From NCBI GenBank assembly GCA_051747295.1, contig JBNJFZ010000188.1, positions 1-10,554 of the forward strand: a stretch of DNA of 10,554 nt, in the 5' to 3' direction. Shown here one piece after another: positions 7,281-10,554 of the stretch (its first letter is position 1; every line of letters begins with the position of its first letter). Source of the stretch: Myxococcota bacterium (GTDB taxonomy: Bacteria > Myxococcota_A > Bradymonadia > Bradymonadales > Bradymonadaceae). The notes under the pieces were generated by a model that made no database searches, was not told where the DNA came from, and worked only from the letters and a program-made list of their open reading frames with translations. Position numbers and translations under genes: made by a program.

Positions 7281-8363
7281 ATGGCCACGTTGGATAATTC
7301 GACCCAGAGTCCCGTGAGGTTCGCCCTGATCGGCTGTGGCCGCGTCGGCGAGCAGCACCTTCGCGCGATCGATGCGCTGGATGACGCCGAGCTCGTCGCT
7401 GTCTGCGACACGGCGTCGACCGCAGCCGCCGAGGTTGGCGAACGCTTCGACGTGCCTGATTTTCACTCGCTCGAAACGCTCGTCGGCGAGGTCGACTTCG
7501 AGGTCGGTGTGCTGGCGACGCCGACCGGGCTGCACGCCGAGCAGGCGATGCGGCTCGCCGATCACGGTCGCCACGTGATGACCGAAAAGCCCATGGCCAA
7601 CCGCTGGGCCGACGCCGTCGAGATGCTTCAGGCCTTCGAGCGGCGCGACCTGCATCTCTTCGTCGTCAAGCAGTTGCGCTACAACCCCACCCTGCAGTTG
7701 GTACGCCGCGCGCTGACCCGGGGATGGCTCGGTGACGTGCACATGGTGTCGATGAACGTCTTCTGGACACGACCGCAGGCCTACTTCGATCAGGACGCAT
7801 GGCGAGGCACCCGGGCGCTCGACGGTGGCGCCTTCCTCAACCAGACCAGCCACTACTTCGACCTGCTGACCTGGTTGTTCGGATCGGTGACCGATGTCAG
7901 CGGGCGAGTCGCCACGCGCGCCCGGGACATCGAGGTCGAGGACTCCGGGGCGGTACACCTTCGCTGGGAGAGCGGCGCTCTCGGCGCGGTCGCGGTGACA
8001 CTGCTGACGTATCCGAAGAACCTCGAGGCCACGATGACGGTGGCGGCCGAGCGCGGCACGGTGAAGCTCGCCGGCAACGCCTGCGACCAGATCGCCGCCT
8101 GGCGCGTCGAGAACTCGCCGGTCGATCCCGAAGAGATCGTGCGTGTGAACCGCGAGACCGCCGAGTTCTACGGCGACGGTCACATCCGCTACTATGAGAA
8201 TGTCATCGACGTCCTGCGAGGAAGCTCCAACCCGCACACCAACGGCCGCGAGGGCCTCAAGTCGCTCGAATTGATCACCGCCGCGTACGCCTCGTCGCTT
8301 CGAGGCTCTCGCGTCGACCTCCCGCTCCCCGATGATTTTGACCTGGACCACGAGCCCTCATGA
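7281..8363 (+). CDS. wbpB: Gfo/Idh/MocA-family NAD-dependent sugar-nucleotide 3-dehydrogenase, WbpB/WlbA-like (UDP-GlcNAc(A) 3-oxidase type)
   Basis: The N-terminal Rossmann motif is [18 protein letters not shown] and the family motif EKPMA is present. The central and C-terminal regions ([28 protein letters not shown]) resemble P. aeruginosa WbpB as recalled from memory. ATG start at 7281, and the TGA stop overlaps the next gene's ATG (ATGA at 8360-8363). Confidence 0.8.
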   Translation: MATLDNSTQSPVRFALIGCGRVGEQHLRAIDALDDAELVAVCDTASTAAAEVGERFDVPDFHSLETLVGEVDFEVGVLATPTGLHAEQAMRLADHGRHVMTEKPMANRWADAVEMLQAFERRDLHLFVVKQLRYNPTLQLVRRALTRGWLGDVHMVSMNVFWTRPQAYFDQDAWRGTRALDGGAFLNQTSHYFDLLTWLFGSVTDVSGRVATRARDIEVEDSGAVHLRWESGALGAVAVTLLTYPKNLEATMTVAAERGTVKLAGNACDQIAAWRVENSPVDPEEIVRVNRETAEFYGDGHIRYYENVIDVLRGSSNPHTNGREGLKSLELITAAYASSLRGSRVDLPLPDDFDLDHEPS

Positions 8364-8953
8364 CTGACGAGCCTGACTACAGAGCCCATCCTTCCGCCGT
8401 CATTGACGAGGGCGCCTCGATCGGTGCGGACACCCATATCTGGCATTTCTCGCATATCTCGAGCGGCGCGCGCGTCGGCCGACACTGCAGCCTCGGACAG
8501 AATTGCTACGTCGCCGACCGCGTCGTCATCGGCGACGGCGTCAAGATTCAGAATAACGTCTCGGTATTCGACCGCGTCGAGATCGGTGACAACGTCTTCG
8601 TCGGGCCGAGCGTCGTGTTTACCAACGTCGTCAACCCGCGGGCGCACGTCCCGCGAAAGGATGAGTATTTGCCGACCACGGTTGCGCACGGTGCGACGCT
8701 GGGCGCAAACTGTACCATCGTGTGCGGCAACGATATCGGCGAGTACGCGTTCGTGGGCGCCGGGGCCGTGGTGACGCGCGACGTACCGCCGTACGCGCTC
8801 GTGGTCGGAAACCCCGCGCGGCGCGTCGGCTGGATGTGTGCATGTGGCTCCGAGCTGCAGTTCGGCCACGCCAAGTCCGCTGCGACCTGTGGTGCGTGCG
8901 GTGCGAGCTATGCGCTGGAGGACGACGGCGTCCACCCGGATGCGGCGTCATGA
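8360..8953 (+). CDS. wbpD: Left-handed beta-helix (hexapeptide-repeat) N-acetyltransferase, WbpD/WlbB-like (UDP-2-acetamido-3-amino-2,3-dideoxy-sugar 3-N-acetyltransferase type)
   Basis: There are long identical stretches to WbpD as recalled: HPSA(V/I)(I/V)D.GA.IG....WHF.HI..GAR.G...SLGQN..V.....[11 protein letters not shown](F/Y)D.V......F.GPS.VFTNV.NPR...[31 protein letters not shown]. The start is translationally coupled to wbpB by a 4-bp overlap. Confidence 0.85.
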   Translation: MTDEPDYRAHPSAVIDEGASIGADTHIWHFSHISSGARVGRHCSLGQNCYVADRVVIGDGVKIQNNVSVFDRVEIGDNVFVGPSVVFTNVVNPRAHVPRKDEYLPTTVAHGATLGANCTIVCGNDIGEYAFVGAGAVVTRDVPPYALVVGNPARRVGWMCACGSELQFGHAKSAATCGACGASYALEDDGVHPDAAS

Positions 8954-8969
8954 GCGAAGATAATGTCGT

Positions 8970-8986
8970 GCGGCCATCTTGGCCGC
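8970..8986. other. Short GC hairpin (7-bp stem GCGGCCA / TGGCCGC, 3-nt loop) in the wbpD-AAA intergenic spacer
   Basis: Seen directly in the sequence. No downstream T-run, so it is unlikely to be an intrinsic terminator. Confidence 0.4.
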
Positions 8987-9014
8987 ACGCACCACGAATG
9001 AGCAGGAAACCCGC

Positions 9015-9770
9015 ATGAATCACGACGACGAGCAGACCACGCCCGCAAATGAGCCGCGTTCGCCGGTGCATCGGCCGACGACCAGCCTCGACGACGTCGT
9101 GCTCTCCGAGAGCCTGCGCCGGCGCGTCGACGAGCTGGTGGCGGCTGCGCGAGGGCGGCGCGCTGTGCTCGAGCGATGGAAACTCGGCGATCACCTGAGC
9201 TACGGCAAGAACGTCGCGGCGTTGGTGATCGGGCCGTCGGGGACTGGCAAGACGATGTGCGCCGAGGCGGTCGCCGACGCGCTCGATCGCCCGCTGCTCG
9301 TGCACTCGTTGGCCGGGCTCACCGATCGTTGGAAGGGGCCGCTGCAGCAGGCCTTCGACGACGCTCGCAGCCACGACGCGGTCCTGCTCCTGGACGACGC
9401 CGGCGAGGTGCTCGGGGCCGAGGATGGGACGCTGCGCGATGCCGTGTTCTCGCAGATGGAGCGCTACGAGGGCGTCGTCCTGGTCGCCAGCCGCGAGCCA
9501 CCGCCGGCCAAGTCCCCCGTCAGCAGCCTATTTACCTACGAGATCCACCTACCATTCCCCGACGAGCTCACGCGCGCGGAAATCTGGCAGGCGTACCTGC
9601 CAGACACCGTGCCGACTGAGGGCTTCATCGACTTCGAGAGCCTCGGTGCCACCTACAAATTGAGCGGCCGCGAGATAAAACAAGCCGCGTTCAAGGCAGT
9701 GTTTCGGGCCGCTGAGGAAGGCGGCGCGGTGACGATGGCGTTGTTGAGGAAGGCGGCGGGGCGGGTGTAG
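9015..9770 (+). CDS. Small single-domain AAA ATPase (classic AAA clade, with C-terminal helical lid), with atypical Walker B and no obvious arginine finger
   Basis: Walker A GPSGTGKT lies at 9231-9254. The Walker B-like motif is VLLLDDAGE (hhhhDD rather than hhhhDE), and the lid is LSGREIKQAAFKAVFRAAEEGGAVTMALLRKA. The ATG at 9015 is preceded by AGGAAA 5 nt upstream, while the track start 8979 is TTG without SD. The motif IHLPFPDELTRAEIWQAYLP resembles the FPxPD..R..IW signature that I recall from the widespread small 'AAA family ATPase' group, often encoded near DUF4157 or eCIS loci. This recollection is not verified. Confidence 0.75.
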   Translation: MNHDDEQTTPANEPRSPVHRPTTSLDDVVLSESLRRRVDELVAAARGRRAVLERWKLGDHLSYGKNVAALVIGPSGTGKTMCAEAVADALDRPLLVHSLAGLTDRWKGPLQQAFDDARSHDAVLLLDDAGEVLGAEDGTLRDAVFSQMERYEGVVLVASREPPPAKSPVSSLFTYEIHLPFPDELTRAEIWQAYLPDTVPTEGFIDFESLGATYKLSGREIKQAAFKAVFRAAEEGGAVTMALLRKAAGRV

Positions 9771-9830
9771 GGGTCGCGAGCGGCGTACAGGAACCGCACG
9801 CCCCTCAGCGCGCTCCGCGCGCAGCTCCCT

Positions 9831-9845
9831 TGATCCGGATTAGAC
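9831..9845 (+). repeat. Third copy of the TGATCCGGATT core motif (TGATCCGGATTAGAC), 186 bp upstream of the inverted-repeat pair
   Basis: It shares the first 11 nt with the arm-2 reverse complement TGATCCGGATTGAGTGGG and 10 nt with arm 1. It also contains the ATCCGGAT palindrome. Confidence 0.6.
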
Positions 9846-10016
9846 GTCGAAATGGCGAAAAGAATCGGTGCGCGGGCCTCTGTGCCCGCCTCGCGGCCTC
9901 CGTGCCGCGACTTGCATGCGAACACGTTCGGGACCGGCAGAGCGGTCCCGGCGGCGACAGAGCGCCGCGCACCGATCCTCTACGCGGCTTTCAGCGATTC
10001 TACCGGCAATTGTGGC

Positions 10017-10104
10017 TCTGATCCGGATAGAGTGGGACGGGGGCAGGGGTTTTGGTTCGCGGCGCCATGGCCCCCTCCGCGCTTCGCCCACTCAATCCGG
10101 ATCA
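10017..10104. repeat. Imperfect 19-bp inverted repeat (CTGATCCGGATAGAGTGGG ... CCCACTCAATCCGGATCAG, 18/19 match) flanking a ~50-nt G/C-rich loop; each arm contains the 8-bp palindrome ATCCGGAT
   Basis: Arm 1 is 10017-10035 and arm 2 is 10086-10104. The loop ACGGGGGCAGGGG...GGCCCCCTCCGCG is itself partly self-complementary. This explains why ALIRIEW appears in track ORFs on both strands. Confidence 0.75.
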
Positions 10105-10210
10105 GGGCTGCTACCGATCGCAGCTCCGGCGGAAGTGGGGTAATGCTCGGTGCTCGCCGCGAGCGGAGTAAGCAAGTGCCCCTGGGGGGCGGCGCACTGC
10201 CGGTCCCGGA

Positions 10211-10386
10211 CGTTCTCGTTCTCGTTCTCGTTCTCGTTCTCGTTCTCGTTCTCGTTCTCGGTCTCGGTCTCGTTCTCGTTCTCGTTCTCGTTCTCGTTCT
10301 CGTTCTCGTTCTCGTTCTCGTTCTCGGTCTCGTTCTCGTTCTCGGTCTCGTTCTCGTTCTCGTTCTCGGTCTCGGTCTCGTTCTCG
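10211..10386. repeat. Hexanucleotide microsatellite: 29 tandem units of CGTTCT (23x) and CGGTCT (6x, at units 9, 10, 20, 23, 27, 28), 176 bp, pyrimidine-rich on the plus strand
   Basis: Units were counted directly from 10211; the array ends in ...CGTTCT-CG-AAAC. It generates the artefactual dipeptide-repeat ORFs in the track (RE/RD, RT/RP, FS/VS). It is not CRISPR, because there are no spacers and the period is 6 nt. Confidence 0.95.
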
Positions 10387-10409
10387 AAACGTTAGCCCCA
10401 ACCGGAGGC

Positions 10410-10440
10410 CGCGGAGCGGCCGAAGATCGGGGGCTCCGCG
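10410..10440. other. 8-bp inverted repeat CGCGGAGC / GCTCCGCG with 15-nt loop between the microsatellite and a possible edge gene start
   Basis: Seen directly in the sequence (10410-10417 and 10433-10440). Confidence 0.35.
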
Positions 10441-10554
10441 AGCCGCCCCACCTCTTCTCCGAGCAGCGACCGAAGGGAGCTGCGAGGTTGGTTGTGATCA
10501 AAGCCAGCATCTCTTGTTGTGTGAGTTCTTCGGGCCCGGCTCACCCGGCCCGCT

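Noticed and set aside
7245-9374. Minus-strand ORFs 7245-8351 (368 aa), 8192-8935 (247 aa), 8631-9374 (247 aa)
   Set aside because: These are antisense to the well-supported wbpB-like, wbpD-like and AAA genes. Their products are Arg/Gly/Ala/His-rich with no motifs.
9808-9822. GCGCGC-TCC-GCGCGC hairpin downstream of the AAA gene as a terminator
   Set aside because: It has a 6-bp stem only and no following T-run, so it is not a convincing intrinsic terminator.
10211-10386. CRISPR array
   Set aside because: The period is 6 nt with no unique spacers. This is a microsatellite, not a repeat-spacer array.
9980-10510. ORFs encoding (RT/RP)n, (RE/RD)n and (FS/VS)n dipeptide repeats (9980-10510 minus, 10111-10401 minus, 10150-10395 plus)
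   Set aside because: All three are reading-frame artefacts of the 6-nt microsatellite. They begin with TTG or GTG, lack SD sequences, and their non-repeat flanks are low-complexity. They are kept only as an untested possibility under the microsatellite finding.
30-10549. Shared CTCACCCGGC decamer near both window ends (about 30-40 and 10539-10548), as a hint of circularity or a terminal repeat
   Set aside because: It is only ~10 nt in a 65-70% GC genome, and the left copy is inside the flotillin coding sequence. This is most likely chance.

Overview
This is a high-GC (~65-70%) bacterial chromosomal segment. Genes use AAGGAG-type Shine-Dalgarno sites and frequent GTG/TTG starts. The taxon cannot be fixed from sequence alone. 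The gene content (YqiJ/YqiK-like pair, WbpB/WbpD-like pair) plus the GC content would fit a Myxococcota-like or other high-GC proteobacterial genome.

Layout on the minus strand, from the right:
- a secreted Cys-containing hypothetical protein (5650-6321);
- a membrane-anchored protein with three tandem DsbA-like thioredoxin domains, active sites CPFC, CPFC and CPYC (3355-5400);
- a near-perfect rho-independent terminator (3291-3328);
- an NfeD/YqiJ-like membrane protein with a long poly(Asp-Val/Ala) tract (2307-3119), then a 742-aa flotillin/YqiK-like SPFH protein with 40-aa coiled-coil tandem repeats (29-2257). These two look like a yqiJK-type operon.

Layout on the plus strand:
- a GT2 glycosyltransferase (6480-7271);
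- a WbpB/WlbA-like Gfo/Idh/MocA sugar-nucleotide 3-dehydrogenase (7281-8363), overlapping by 4 bp (ATGA) a WbpD/WlbB-like hexapeptide-repeat N-acetyltransferase (8360-8953). No aminotransferase lies between them;
- a small single-domain AAA ATPase with apparently degenerate catalytic motifs (about 9015-9770).

The last ~780 bp are non-coding and structurally the most unusual part. They hold three copies of a motif built on the 8-bp palindrome ATCCGGAT. Two of these form a 19-bp inverted repeat around a ~50-nt loop. They also hold a 29-unit hexanucleotide microsatellite (CGTTCT/CGGTCT, 10211-10386), whose periodicity generates the spurious RE/RT/FS dipeptide ORFs in the track.

Most large ORFs in the track on the strand opposite these genes are antisense shadows typical of high-GC DNA.

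No complete, recognisable novel multi-gene system can be demonstrated from this window. The candidates worth follow-up are: (a) the repeat-rich tail and its unusual microsatellite next to a degenerate AAA ATPase; (b) the triple-DsbA fusion; (c) the acidic-tract NfeD partner of the flotillin; (d) the aminotransferase-less wbpB-wbpD cassette.
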